Origin: Clostridiales bacterium
Lineage (GTDB): Bacteria > Bacillota > Dehalobacteriia > UBA7702
Assembly: GCA_040766525.1 (NCBI GenBank)
Contig: JAXGQI010000008.1
Span: 167 to 64,166, forward strand
Direction: 5' to 3'
DNA length: 64,000 bases
The notes under the pieces were generated by a model. The model did no database searches. It was not told the origin of the DNA and saw only the letters and a list, made by a program, of their open reading frames with translations. The translations under genes were made by a program, and so were the position numbers. Below are positions 1 to 10,943 of the stretch, piece by piece; position 1 is the stretch's first letter; each line of letters opens with the position of its first letter.

Positions 1-1162
1 GGAAAAGGTCCCTTGGGCGCCCAATGGGTATGTTGTCGAAGGTGATTTTCGCCCGGCTTTTCACCCCTTTTATCATGGCGGCCTCTATTATATCCAGGAA
101 CCCAGCGCGATGTTGCCGGCGGAGGTTTTGCATCCTCAGCCCGGGGACAATGTTTTGGACCTCTGCGCCGCACCCGGGGGCAAAGGAACACGGCTGGGAG
201 AATTCCTTGCCGGCGAGGGACTTTTGGTTTTAAATGACAGCAGCCAAACGCGTTGCCAGGCTTTGGTGCGCAACGGAGAATTATTTGGTTTGAAAAATGC
301 CCTGATCCTCAATGAAAAGCCGGAACGGATTGCCGCCAAGTTCCCGAAGTTTTTCGATAAGATTTTGGTGGACGCTCCTTGTTCCGGCCAAGGGATGTTC
401 AGAAAGGAACGCCAGATCGCAAAGACGAAGGAGGATCACCGTCCCTTTGCCCAATGGCAACGGGAAATCCTCGCCCAGGCGGGGCTTCTGACTGCCCCCG
501 GCGGGGAGATCGTCTATTCCACCTGTACCTTTCGGCGGGACGAAAATGAGGAGATTATCGCAGGATTTTTGGCGGAGCATCCGGAGTTTGCCCTTCTGCC
601 GATCCCGAAATTGCCCGGATTTAGCGGCGGTTTCGGCGGCATGGAGGAAGTTGTGCGGCTCTGGCCCCATAAGATCAAGGGCGAGGGGCATTTTATTGCC
701 CATTTGAAAAAAGCGGGGGAAAAAGCGCCGCCGCAATTAACGGCGGGATACCGTTTGCCGGAAATCGCTCGCTTTCGTGAGTTTGAAAAGGAAGCGGGAC
801 TGGTTCCCTTGGAAGGCTGTTTTTATGATTTTTCCGGGCATCTTTACTATTTTCCCACACCGTTGCCGGATCTTAGCGGCTTGAAGACGGTGCGCACCGG
901 CCTCTATTTGGGTGAAACCAAAGGAGGGCGCTTTATCCCTGCCCATAGCCTTGCTTTGGCCCAGGAAAGAAGAGAAAGCCCCTTGTCTTTCCCGATTGAT
1001 AGCAAGGAAGTGGATCAGTACCTCAAAGGCTTAACGGTGGCGGCGACGGTGCGGAAGGGGTATCATTTGTTCTTGGCGGATACGCATCCCTTGGGCTGGG
1101 TGAAATCCGACGGGAATGGGATGCTGAAAAATTGCTACCCCAAAGCCTGGCGGAACCTATAA
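1..1162 (+). CDS. RsmB/RsmF (NOL1/NOP2/Sun) rRNA cytosine-C5 methyltransferase, 5'-partial
   Basis: Motifs YYIQEPSAM, DLCAAPGGKG, ILVDAPCSG and VYSTCT, plus an RsmF-type C-terminus. The upstream part runs off the window and has an indel near 60. Confidence 0.9.
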   Translation, partial: EKVPWAPNGYVVEGDFRPAFHPFYHGGLYYIQEPSAMLPAEVLHPQPGDNVLDLCAAPGGKGTRLGEFLAGEGLLVLNDSSQTRCQALVRNGELFGLKNALILNEKPERIAAKFPKFFDKILVDAPCSGQGMFRKERQIAKTKEDHRPFAQWQREILAQAGLLTAPGGEIVYSTCTFRRDENEEIIAGFLAEHPEFALLPIPKLPGFSGGFGGMEEVVRLWPHKIKGEGHFIAHLKKAGEKAPPQLTAGYRLPEIARFREFEKEAGLVPLEGCFYDFSGHLYYFPTPLPDLSGLKTVRTGLYLGETKGGRFIPAHSLALAQERRESPLSFPIDSKEVDQYLKGLTVAATVRKGYHLFLADTHPLGWVKSDGNGMLKNCYPKAWRNL

Positions 1163-1202
1163 ATTGCATAACCCGAATTGGGGTTTTCCTTTGCGATGAT
1201 TT

Positions 1203-1233
1203 TTATGGCGATCCGATTAACGGATCGCCATAA
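1203..1233. terminator. Perfect 13-bp hairpin after the rsmF-like gene
   Basis: TTATGGCGATCCG-attaa-CGGATCGCCATAA. Confidence 0.65.
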
Positions 1234-1354
1234 GACTGCAGACAAAAGCCGATAGCGCCCTTAACCAAAGTCCCTGACCGCTTACGTATGTCTATATACG
1301 CTGCGCGTCCAGGGGCTTTGCTTTTCCTAGCTCTATGCTTTTGTCTTACGTCTC
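1232..1354. mobile_element. ~125-bp MITE-like element, copy 1 (subfamily A)
   Basis: Imperfect TIR AAGACTGCAGACAAAAG / CTTTTGTCTTACGTCTC with a central hairpin. Clearly homologous to 44989-45114. Confidence 0.7.
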
Positions 1355-1634
1355 TCATCTTGTCGACCTTGCCAACAATCTGTGGCGATCTGTTCTTCGC
1401 TGCTGATTCGACGATACGCATCATCAAGACAACCAAATCCCGAAGAGGGCAACCCCTATTAAAGATGGGTATAGAAGTAATGCCGGACACAATATCGTAA
1501 TCATAAATACAATTTTCAGGTTTTCGTTGATGTTTTTTCTTGATTTTGACACAAAAAAACAACAAATTAAGGGCAATCTAAGGGTGAGATCAAAAACAGT
1601 AGCCGAACCCATCTCCGAAAGGAGGGAGAAAGAG

Positions 1635-2609
1635 ATGTTGAACTACAAAAAGCAAGGAAAAACAAGTAAAATCGGTTTTGAAGCTTTGGGTACCTGGAAC
1701 GGAATTGTGCTTCCCGACATCAATGACGATGCGATTTTGCCCCGTTGCCGTGAAATGGTGCTGGCGATGGATGACCGCTGGTCTGTTTTTAAAGCGGAGA
1801 GCGAGATCGCAAAGATCAATGCTGCTGCTGGAAACGGCATGGTGGCGGTATCCGCCGATACGATGAAGATCATCAAACGAGCGCTGGATTTTTCCGTTCT
1901 TTCTCACGGCGTTTTTGATCTGACTTCCCGCCCGCTTTCCGCTTTATGGGGGAAAAGCAAGGACGGGGCGCTGCCAATGGCAGCCGAGATCGAACAGGCA
2001 AAAGCCTTGGTGAATTATCAAGATATCCTCATTGACGAGGCCCATTCCCGTGTCGGGTTGCGGCAGATCGGACAGAGCATCGATTTGGGCGGCATTGCCA
2101 AAGGATATGCCGCTGATGAAGTGGAACGGTTCCTCAAAGAAAATGGGATCGAAAACGGCCTCATCGATTTGGGCGGCAATATTATTACCTTCGGAAGCCC
2201 CGAGGCGGGAAGAAAATGGACGGTGGGGATACAAGATCCCATGGCTGCTTCGGGAAACTATATCGGCGCCTTAGAGACCGGGGACGAAACGATTGTGACC
2301 TCAGGTTCTTATGCCCGGTATTTTATAAAAGACAATCAGCGCTTCCATCATATCATTCACCCCCAAACCGGCGCTCCGGTAGAATCGGATCTCATGGCCG
2401 TTACTGTTGTTGGGGTGGGTTCTATGGATATGGATGCTTTGGCTACCACCATATTTATTCTTGGTGTGGAACAGAGCCTTCCGATCCTGAAACAATATTC
2501 TGCTGAAGCTATTTTTATCACGAAGGATTTTGAAGTTTTTGTAACCAAGGGCTTGAAATCCCGCTTTCATCCCAATCAAGCGATTAAGAGAGGTGAGAAA
2601 CTTGGGTAA
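1635..2609 (+). CDS. apbE: FAD:protein FMN transferase (ApbE family)
   Basis: DLGGIAKGYAAD, DLGGN, TSGSYARY, HHIIHPQTG and DALATT motifs; RBS before ATG 1635. Confidence 0.93.
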   Translation: MLNYKKQGKTSKIGFEALGTWNGIVLPDINDDAILPRCREMVLAMDDRWSVFKAESEIAKINAAAGNGMVAVSADTMKIIKRALDFSVLSHGVFDLTSRPLSALWGKSKDGALPMAAEIEQAKALVNYQDILIDEAHSRVGLRQIGQSIDLGGIAKGYAADEVERFLKENGIENGLIDLGGNIITFGSPEAGRKWTVGIQDPMAASGNYIGALETGDETIVTSGSYARYFIKDNQRFHHIIHPQTGAPVESDLMAVTVVGVGSMDMDALATTIFILGVEQSLPILKQYSAEAIFITKDFEVFVTKGLKSRFHPNQAIKRGEKLG

Positions 2610-4206
2610 AAGAAAAAAGAAAATTCCAAAAGTGCAAATCATAAGAAGAGTTATGCAAATCGCCTCCTTTCTTTTGTTGCCTGCACTTTTTGTAAGTACA
2701 TATATTGCTATCAAAAGCGTATATCTTGCCATTATCAACCAAACATTTGCGGTTGAGACCCTCTTGCCGCAGTTGATCTTATTACTTGCCGTTGTTCCCC
2801 TGACGATTTTATTGGGGCGGTTTTTCTGCGGCTTCCTTTGCTCTTTTGGGGCAATGGCCGATTTCTTTTGGTTTTTGGGGCGGAAAATGAAATTGAAGCC
2901 CCTGAAAATCAGTGAAAAACTCGATAAAAGCCTCCGTTTAGTGAAATACGGGATCTTACTTTTTATTCTGATTTTTATTTGGACCTTGGGTTGGGTACAG
3001 ATTGAGAGCACTTCCAATCCCTGGGATATGTTCGGTATGTTTACCTCCTTTTCGGCCTTACCGTCGGCGTCGTATGTGTTAACGATCGGCTTTGGCCTTT
3101 TGTTCTTGATCATCATTGGTTCGTTCTTTGTCGAACGGTTCTTTTGCCGGTATCTATGTCCTTTGGGAGCGGTATTTTCCTTCCTTTCCCGGCCGCGCAT
3201 TTTGAAATTGAAAAAGCCGACGGAAAATTGCGGCTCCTGTAAGGCCTGTACCAAAAGTTGTACGATGGGTTTGCCTCTTTATCGCAGTGATACGGTCAAT
3301 AGCGGTGAATGTATCCAGTGTATGGCTTGTATCAGCGCTTGCCCCCGCGAGAATATCACCGCCCGGATCGGGAAAAGTGATGTTGCCCCGCTGGCAACGG
3401 GTTTAGCTGCGACTGCGATGATGTTGGGCATCTATTATGTCGGCAATATCGCCACCAGTAATGTGCAGGGTGCGGATTACAGTTCGATGGTGGATCAGGC
3501 CCATATTGCGGAAGCCGAAGGGCTGTATACCGATGGCGTTTATGAAGGGACTGCAACAGGATACCGTGGCACTACGACGGTGGCCGTTACGGTGGAAAGC
3601 GGTTTGTTGACGGATGTCGAGGTTATATCGACCGATGATGATATGGAATTCTTTAGCCAGGCGGCAAATACGATCATTCCTGCGATTCTTTGCAGCCAAT
3701 GTGCCGATGTGGATGCGGTTTCCGGCGCGACCTTCAGCAGTAACGGCTTGATCGATGCGATTGCGCTGGCATTAACCGAGGCCGGCGGAGAAGAGATGAC
3801 GACAGAAATGTCGGAACCACAGGCAACTGTTGAAGAGGAAATTATATCTGCCCCCACAGAAGACAGCGTCGCCCTGGAAACCGGGGCATACGAAGACGGC
3901 ACCTATACCGGGACCGGCACGGGATATGAAAATGGGGAAACGACCCTCCGTGTTTTAGTGGAAGACGGACGCATCAGCGCTATCGACATTATCTCTTATG
4001 AAGACGATGATCCCTATTTCCGTACCGCCTTTGATGGTGTGACCAGTGCGATCATCGAAACTCAGGCCGTTGAAGTGGATGCGGTTTCCGGGGCGACTTT
4101 CAGCAGTAATGGGATCATGGAAGCGGTAGCCGACGCCTTGGATCTCGATTTCACCAATTCCAACAGTGAGCTGCAATCGGAAAAGCGGGGAAAAGGGCAT
4201 AAATAA
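2602..4206 (+). CDS. NapH/NosR-like polyferredoxin membrane protein with two C-terminal FMN-binding domains
   Basis: TM helices, GRFFCGFLC and RFFCRYLCPLG, two CxxCxxCxxxC motifs, and two VDAVSGATFSSNG flavinylation motifs. Confidence 0.9.
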   Translation: MGKRKKKIPKVQIIRRVMQIASFLLLPALFVSTYIAIKSVYLAIINQTFAVETLLPQLILLLAVVPLTILLGRFFCGFLCSFGAMADFFWFLGRKMKLKPLKISEKLDKSLRLVKYGILLFILIFIWTLGWVQIESTSNPWDMFGMFTSFSALPSASYVLTIGFGLLFLIIIGSFFVERFFCRYLCPLGAVFSFLSRPRILKLKKPTENCGSCKACTKSCTMGLPLYRSDTVNSGECIQCMACISACPRENITARIGKSDVAPLATGLAATAMMLGIYYVGNIATSNVQGADYSSMVDQAHIAEAEGLYTDGVYEGTATGYRGTTTVAVTVESGLLTDVEVISTDDDMEFFSQAANTIIPAILCSQCADVDAVSGATFSSNGLIDAIALALTEAGGEEMTTEMSEPQATVEEEIISAPTEDSVALETGAYEDGTYTGTGTGYENGETTLRVLVEDGRISAIDIISYEDDDPYFRTAFDGVTSAIIETQAVEVDAVSGATFSSNGIMEAVADALDLDFTNSNSELQSEKRGKGHK

Positions 4207-4297
4207 CCTTTCGAGAAATGGGGCGGCTGCATAACTTTTGGTTGGAAGCGGTAGTTGAAAATCTGCTAAAGTTATGCTTCTGCTCTTTCACATAGAC

Positions 4298-4326
4298 AAA
4301 GGCCGCCTCATTTTGAGGCGGCCTTT
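4298..4326. terminator. GC-rich hairpin between convergent genes
   Basis: AAAGGCCGCCTCA-ttt-TGAGGCGGCCTTT. Confidence 0.7.
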
Positions 4327-4452
4327 GAGACTGTCAATAAAGGGCTTAGTGCTATGTTCCAGTAAAACCGCAGACCGCTCATGTACGTCTATGTACACAT
4401 CGCGTCCTGCGGTTTTTCTGCGCCTTGTTCTAAACCCTTTCTTGGCAGTCTC
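4327..4452. mobile_element. ~125-bp MITE-like element, copy 2 (subfamily B)
   Basis: TIR GAGACTGTCAATAAAGGG / CCCTTTCTTGGCAGTCTC; highly similar to 60435-60560. Confidence 0.75.
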
Positions 4453-4494
4453 ATATTTTGTGAGAAAATGAGGATTTTTTATACGGTTATCGGA

Positions 4495-5240
4495 TCAAAT
4501 TTTCAGTAAGACATGTTGGATACACTGTTTCATTTCTTGCGCCGCCGCCTTGGCTGATGATCGGTAAGATCCCGGCAATATCCGTAACGATACTGCCTGC
4601 CAGCAAGGTGACCGGCGTATCTTTGGAAGACGCTGGGGCAAAGGGGCGTCGACGGGCCGACGATGCAACCTCACGGGCATTTTGACAATGGGGTAAGATG
4701 TCGTCAATCGTATGATTGATGATACTGGTAGCGGTGATGACGATGACATCGCAGCGATGGTGAGTTGGGGCATCGCGCTTTCGGGATAGAGACCGCTGCC
4801 TTCTTCCACTTGCCGTTCAAAGACGAAGATGTTCTCTGTCATCTTTTTTGCTTGGGCTAGGAGAGGCGAGAAGTGCCCCACCATACCAAAACCTTCCGTA
4901 GCCTTGATCTTCAGTGCTTCCATCACATTTCCGTTCTTTACTGCGTCGGTTCCTTGATTGCAGGCGGCATTGATTGTGGCCAGTCCGATGGCGGATTTCA
5001 ATATATTCTTCTCTTTTACCCACAAGATCAATTCCTCGCTGCTTTTGCCGATGAGGTTCCCCGCATCATGCAGTGGCCGCAGCAGCTCCCCAGCTCATTT
5101 CTAAAGGTAGGCAAGGCCCAGCTCTGATCTTCCAGTACGGTGCAACATAGCCGAGGCCCAGGCGGATATCTTGGATTTTTTTGTTTTGCGCCTTTTTTAA
5201 AGCCTCCGAAATCAGTTGATCGCTGACTGTGTTGTTCCTC
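4495..5240 (-). CDS. DUF364 (Rossmann-like, putative heavy-metal chelation) protein, multiple indels
   Basis: Fragments DIRLGLGY, SAIGLATINA, MVGHFSPL and FVFER are typical of DUF364, spread over several frames. Confidence 0.65.
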
Positions 5241-5364
5241 CTTACCTGAAAATCTTCTAGTCCTATTATAAGATTTCCCTGTGGCACTGTAAAGCCGGGT
5301 TTGTTAGCGGGGGTGAATTCCCCACGTAAAAGAGGGTTCTCCTATTCGGAAATTGACAGGGGTT

Positions 5365-6245
5365 TCATTTGATCTGGGATATTATTTTTTCTTCCTTGGA
5401 AAGGTCTTGTGATTGCCAAACCGTAAAAAAGGATGGTGGCGATGAGGATGAAGATACTCTCAAGGGAAGATACCGTATGCCTCCCCAAATTGGAAGATAA
5501 CCCCCATCTCTAATTTGAAGGCTTCCGTCATCTCTGCCGGCGCTTGCCCGAAAACCTGGTCGAGGGAAGATTCCATCATGACCTGGCGAAAGAGGGCCCC
5601 GGCATGAGAAACCGGGAAAATTTTGACGACGGTTTGCACCCCTTCCGGCAGATTGCCAATGGGGATATAGATTCCCGTCAAAAACCCGATCAGGGTACCG
5701 ATGATCGTGCTGGCGGTACCGAAAGCATTGGCGCTTTTTAGAAAAGTGGTGAGGAGAAAAACCATGGAACTGCTGGAGATCACCGCTAATACCAAGATTC
5801 CCAAGATGCGGAGAAGAGCGGAAAATTCCAAAAGGCTGCCACCATTGCCGAGAATGTAAATCTCTGCCAAAACCAGGGTGATCAAACAAAGGATCAGGCC
5901 AACCACGACGGCATTTAACACATAGCCCGCGGCTAATGTCCCTCGTTTGATGGGAGACGCCATGAAGTCTTTTCCGGTTTTCTTGGCATTATCATCTACC
6001 ATGATGCCGAAAGCGCCCAAAGTCCCGGTCATGGAAGTGACAGCTAAAAGCCCGGCCATGATCCAACTGTCAATTAAAAAGCGCACCTGATCACCCATAG
6101 CGAGCATGCTATTGGTGATGATATCCCCAAGGAATAGGACATAAAGACCGATGATGATAAAAACGGAAAGCAAAGAAAAGAAAACAGAGATGCGATCACG
6201 GAAAAAGAGTTTAAGGTTTCTGTTTAAAAGACGCAAAACGGTCAT
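5365..6245 (-). CDS. ABC-2 type transporter permease (frameshifted near the 3' end)
   Basis: Six hydrophobic segments, RNLKLFFRD and GFLTGIYIP; coupled to the ATPase upstream. Confidence 0.85.
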
Positions 6246-7156
6246 TCTCTGATCTCCTTTCCGGTAATATTGATAAAGGTATCGTCCATATTGCCTTGGA
6301 GCACTTCAAACCCGGTGATATAGGGTTTTGCCGCCTCTAAGACCGGCAGCGCCTCCATGGTTTGATTGAGTGTGAGGGTAATAAAGCCGCCTTGCATTGT
6401 GCTGGTGATCCCCATATTGTCCAGGAGGTTTTGGAGACCTTCCTTTTCCCCGGGGATGAGCTTCAATCGGTCGCGGCTATAGTGTTGCCGCAGATCGGCC
6501 GGGGTCCCTTTGGCGGCAATTTTGCCTTCGTCGATGATGGCCACATAATCGGCTTCCGCCGCTTCTTCCATATAATGGGTGGTCAGGAAGATCGTGGTGC
6601 CGCTTTGCTTTTGCAGTTTTCGCACCGTGTCCCATACATTTTTTCTTGTTTGCGGATCCAGACCCGTGGTGGGTTCATCTAAAAATAGGATCTTGGGGGT
6701 ATGAACCAGGGCTCTGGCAATATCGGCGCGGCGGCGTTGCCCGCCGGAGAGCTTTCCGTACCGCCGTTTGCTGAAATCCTCTCCTCCTACGATGCGAATC
6801 GCATTTTCCGCCGCTTCTTTGAGGGCTTTCCCCGAGAGTTTATAGAATGCGCCGCGGGTATAAAGATTTTCCTCTACTGTCAAGAGCGGGTCTAAGACGC
6901 TGTCTTGAAAGACAACGCCGATACTGTTGCGGATTTTGGCGTCGTCTCGCCCGAGCTTGAATCCATTGATAGTAATCTCCCCGGCGTCGGGTTTGAGTAA
7001 GGTGCAGAGAATATCAATTGTGGTGGATTTTCCTGCGCCATTAGGGCCGAGAAAAGCAAAAAGCGTTCCCGGTTCCAAATAAAAATCGATGCCTTTTACC
7101 GCTTTTACGGAACCGTAACTCTTCCTTAATCCTTCGACATTGATGATCGTATCCAA
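6242..7156 (-). CDS. ABC transporter ATP-binding protein
   Basis: GPNGAGKST, LSGGQ, LFLDEPT and TTHY; TTG start after GGAGG. Confidence 0.93.
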   Translation of the reverse strand: MDTIINVEGLRKSYGSVKAVKGIDFYLEPGTLFAFLGPNGAGKSTTIDILCTLLKPDAGEITINGFKLGRDDAKIRNSIGVVFQDSVLDPLLTVEENLYTRGAFYKLSGKALKEAAENAIRIVGGEDFSKRRYGKLSGGQRRRADIARALVHTPKILFLDEPTTGLDPQTRKNVWDTVRKLQKQSGTTIFLTTHYMEEAAEADYVAIIDEGKIAAKGTPADLRQHYSRDRLKLIPGEKEGLQNLLDNMGITSTMQGGFITLTLNQTMEALPVLEAAKPYITGFEVLQGNMDDTFINITGKEIRE

Positions 7157-7355
7157 GCGTTTACCTCCTTTGTACAGTTTGATAGGGAAAACCCTATTCA
7201 TCTGTCTTGATTTATGATAAAATAAAATATAAAATTATACATATTTTTGTTTTATAAGAAATTCGCTTTTTCATTGGGTTTTCCTTTATTACCGTTCCAC
7301 TGTCCATTCGTAAGGTTGCATGGTTTTAGCTGAAATGAAAAAGGAGATGAGGAGC

Positions 7356-8151
7356 ATGAAGGTACAAGAAATAAACAGGACCATTCAACTTGGTGTGGTG
7401 ATTGCGTTTCTTCTTATGGTTGCCGTCAATTTCCTGGCGAATTTTTTGCCGCTCAATGGGGTTACGACCGCAGAAGTGTCCGATTCGTATGCCAATCTTT
7501 TTGCCCCCGCCGGGTACACCTTTGCCATTTGGGGACTAATCTATTTGTTGCTCGCCTTATACGTGTTATTCCAAATGGGTTTTTTGCATAAAAAAGAGAA
7601 TATGAACCCCCCTTTAATGAACAAAATAGGAAGGGCTTTTATCGTTTCTTCGGCGGCGAATATCGCCTGGATCTTTTCGTGGCATTTTAATGCGCTGCCT
7701 TGTCGATGATCTGGATGATCGTTATCCTCTTATGTCGATTTCGATTGCCCAGACTTTGCGCCGAGCGCCTTTCTTCCGGGGAAAAGCTTTTTCTTAGGAT
7801 TCCTTTCAGCGTATATTTTGGCTGGATTACCGTGGCCACAATCGCCAATGCCACTACGCTCCTTGTTTATTGGAATTGGGGCGGCTGGGGACTGCCGGAA
7901 ACCTTATGGACGGTGGTCGTTTGCTTGTCGGCGTTATTATCGGCGGTTTGACCATGCTGCGTTCCGGGAATATTGTTTATGGCCTGGTGCTGATATGGGC
8001 CTATATCGGCATTCTGGTGCGCCATGCGGCTGATTTAGGCAGGCAATATCCTGCCGTGATTATTGGGGTGAGCCTCAGTATTGCATTGCTTATGACGGCA
8101 ACGGTCATTCTGCTCCGGGAAAAGTGGAGCAACCGTTTACCGGCGGAATAA
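7356..8151 (+). CDS. TspO-like / tryptophan-rich integral membrane protein (frameshifted)
   Basis: FAPAGYTFAIWGLIY, PFSVYFGWITVATIAN and VLIWAYIGI lie across three frames. Confidence 0.7.
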
Positions 8152-8172
8152 AATATAACTTTGTGAGGGTTG

Positions 8173-8905
8173 ATGGCAACAATGCATCAAGTAGAAATCA
8201 AAAATGTGGATAAAAGCTTGGCAAGCATCGGGTCCTCACGGATATCAGCTTGAACGCGGACAGCGGCGAAATCCTTTGTCTTTTAGGACCGTCCGGAGCA
8301 GGGAAAACGACACTGATTCGCCTGATCATTGGTGCAACGAAGGCCGATGGCGGCACGATCACGGTAACGGGCGCTCCCATTCCCAATATGGCGGCGATCC
8401 GCAAGATCGGCTATATGCCGCAAAATGATGGTGTTTATAATGATATTAGTGGGTATGATAATCTCTGTTTTTCGGCCGCATGTATGGTTTGAAAGGGAAT
8501 CCATTGAAAGCCAGGTTGAATCGGTACTGAATTTGGTGGATCTTTTCCCTCGATAAGGATAAGATCGTTTCCGCTTATTCCGGGGGGATGAAAAAGCGGC
8601 TCTCTTTAGCAATCGCCTTGCTTCACGATCCGGAAATTTTGATTTTGGATGAGCCGACGGTTGGGGTCGATCCGGTTTTAAGGAAAACAATCTGGGATCG
8701 TTTTGACGCTTTATGTGCAAAAGGAAAAACGATCATTATCGCCACCCATGTCATGGATGAAGCGGAAAAATGCCAAAAAGCCGCTTTGCTCTATGGCGGG
8801 AAAGTGATTTACAATGACCGGGTGCCGGCGCTTCTGGCGATGACGGCAGACGGAAATCTGGAAGAGCTTTTCTTCACCGCGAGAGAGGCAGGTGAAGAAA
8901 GATGA
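8173..8905 (+). CDS. ABC transporter ATP-binding protein (frameshifted)
   Basis: GPSGAGKTT, GGMKKRLSLA, LDEPTVG and THVM lie across frames. Confidence 0.85.
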
Positions 8906-9918
8906 CAGGGTTGATTCTTCGTATCATTCGGCAAATGAAGAATGACAAGCGTTCTTTAGGCCTCCTCCTGATCGCGCCCTTGCTGATTATGAGCTTGCTC
9001 TTCTTACTTTTAGGCGACAGTGATTATCGTCCGGTTATCGCTTTAGAGGAGAATTTCCCGATTTTGATCGAGAATGCTTTGGCAGAGCAGGAAGTAGATA
9101 TCGTCTCCTTGACGGAAGGGGAAGACGCAGATGCGATGTTGGAAAGCGGGGAGATCGATGCGGTGATCTCAATGGACGCCGACGGCGTTACCGTTAAGCT
9201 TTTGGAAGTGGACAGTGTCCGGATCTCCAAGATCAACGACGCTTTGAAAGCGGCGGTGGCCACCTTAAATCCTTCCGGCAATGTGGAAATGGAGTTCTTA
9301 TATGGCGCAGCAGAGGCCAGTTTGTTCGATAGCTTGGGCTATGTTTTTCTGGGGATCATCTCCTTTTTCATCGTCTTTTTATTGTCCGGCGTCTCTTTCA
9401 TTCGGGAGCGGACCACCGGCACTTTGGAACGGATGATGCTGACGCCGATTCGCCGCTTCCAGGTGGTGCTCGGTTATACCTTAGGGTTCGGTCTCTTTGC
9501 GGTTTTGCAGAGCATTGTGATTGTCTTATTCTTCCTTTATGTTTTGGGGATGGCTTTTGTCGGTTCCGTTACGCTTGTGATCTTTATCATGATTTTACTG
9601 GCCTTTTCCGCAGTGGCAACAGGGACTTTTATCTCCATCTTTGCCAACAATGAATTCCAGATGGTGCAATTTATCCCGGTGATCATTATTCCCCAGATCT
9701 TTTTCTCCGGGATGATCCCCGTGGAGACATTCCCGCTTCACTTGGGGTATCTCTCCTATATCATGCCGGTTTATTATGGTTCCACAGCCTTGAACGAGGT
9801 GATCGTCAAGGGCTACGGGATTATGGATATCGGCAGCTATTTATTGGCTTTGTTTGTATTTATCGCAGTTTTATCTGTCTTAAATACCCTGGTATTGAAA
9901 AAATACCGGCAGATCTGA
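8902..9918 (+). CDS. ABC-2 type transporter permease
   Basis: RERTTGTLER and PQIFFSG motifs; multiple TM helices. Confidence 0.9.
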   Translation: MTGLILRIIRQMKNDKRSLGLLLIAPLLIMSLLFLLLGDSDYRPVIALEENFPILIENALAEQEVDIVSLTEGEDADAMLESGEIDAVISMDADGVTVKLLEVDSVRISKINDALKAAVATLNPSGNVEMEFLYGAAEASLFDSLGYVFLGIISFFIVFLLSGVSFIRERTTGTLERMMLTPIRRFQVVLGYTLGFGLFAVLQSIVIVLFFLYVLGMAFVGSVTLVIFIMILLAFSAVATGTFISIFANNEFQMVQFIPVIIIPQIFFSGMIPVETFPLHLGYLSYIMPVYYGSTALNEVIVKGYGIMDIGSYLLALFVFIAVLSVLNTLVLKKYRQI

Positions 9919-9955
9919 TAGAAATTTATGGTTTGAAATGTTGAGGGGAGGGAAG

Positions 9956-10876
9956 ATGATGCAAAAAGAAGATCAAAAAGCAATTGCTCGGCTGGTGGAA
10001 GAGATTAAAGAGAGTTATCAGCGGGAGCCTAATGTTGCGCCCTGCGATTTTGCGGTGTTACCGAACCGCAGTACCATTATCATGGTCACGAAAAAACTGC
10101 GGCAATTATTGTTCCCGGGTTATTTTGAGGAAAAGAGCTTCCAGAGTGAGGTCAGCACCTATCATATCGGCAGCCTGTTGACGGAGATCTATGAAACTTT
10201 GCGGGAACAGATTTTACTTGCGCTGCGCTATCGGGAAGTGCGGGAAGATTGCGAGGAACACCGAGATTTAAATGAGATGTCCAATAGGATCTGCTTGCAG
10301 TTTATGGGTAAGCTGCCCAAAATACGGGAATACTTGGCAACAGATGTGCAAGCGACTTTTGACGGCGATCCAGCCGCCAGCAGCAAGGATGAGATTATTT
10401 TCTCTTATCCCGGCGTGTTTGCCGTTACCATTCACCGTTTGGCCCATGAGCTTTTTCTCCTTGATGTGCCTTTGATTCCCAGGATCATGGGGGAATACGC
10501 CCATAATCTTACGGGGGTCGATATCCATCCCGGCGCTACGATCGGCAAGCACTTTTTCATTGATCACGGCACCGGCGTGGTCATTGGAGAAACAACGACG
10601 ATTGAAGATAATGTCAAACTATATCAAGGCGTTACGCTGGGGGCTTTGTCCACAAGAGGGGGGCAGGCGCTCCGGGGCGTAAAGCGCCACCCAACTTTGG
10701 AAGAAGGAGTCACGGTTTATTCCGGTACTTCGATTTTGGGAGGCGAGACGGTGATCGGCCGGGGAGCGGTGATCGGCAGTAATGTGTTTATCACCAAATC
10801 GGTGCCTGCCGGGACGAGGGTGAGCATCAAAGACCCGGAATTGCTGATGAAAGACCGCCCGCCCCATAAAGCGTAA
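9956..10876 (+). CDS. cysE: Serine O-acetyltransferase (CysE/EpsC type)
   Basis: DGDPAA, DIHPGATIG, FIDHGTGVVIGET, QGVTLG and KRHPT hexapeptide motifs. Confidence 0.9.
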   Translation: MMQKEDQKAIARLVEEIKESYQREPNVAPCDFAVLPNRSTIIMVTKKLRQLLFPGYFEEKSFQSEVSTYHIGSLLTEIYETLREQILLALRYREVREDCEEHRDLNEMSNRICLQFMGKLPKIREYLATDVQATFDGDPAASSKDEIIFSYPGVFAVTIHRLAHELFLLDVPLIPRIMGEYAHNLTGVDIHPGATIGKHFFIDHGTGVVIGETTTIEDNVKLYQGVTLGALSTRGGQALRGVKRHPTLEEGVTVYSGTSILGGETVIGRGAVIGSNVFITKSVPAGTRVSIKDPELLMKDRPPHKA

Positions 10877-10943
10877 CCGTACCGGGACGATCCGTTTTAC
10901 CGCATTGTTTGGATAAAATGAAGAATCCATCTGGAGGTAAACC

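Noticed and set aside
1390-1630. Possible FMN, c-di-GMP or c-di-AMP riboswitch upstream of apbE (GGGCAACCC..., CCGAACCC)
   Set aside because: Only short fragments match and the conserved cores cannot be assembled; cmscan would be needed.
2301-3254. Long antisense ORFs (for example 2301-3254, 35845-36660, 51642-52406)
   Set aside because: They overlap well-supported genes on the opposite strand and show no recognisable motifs.
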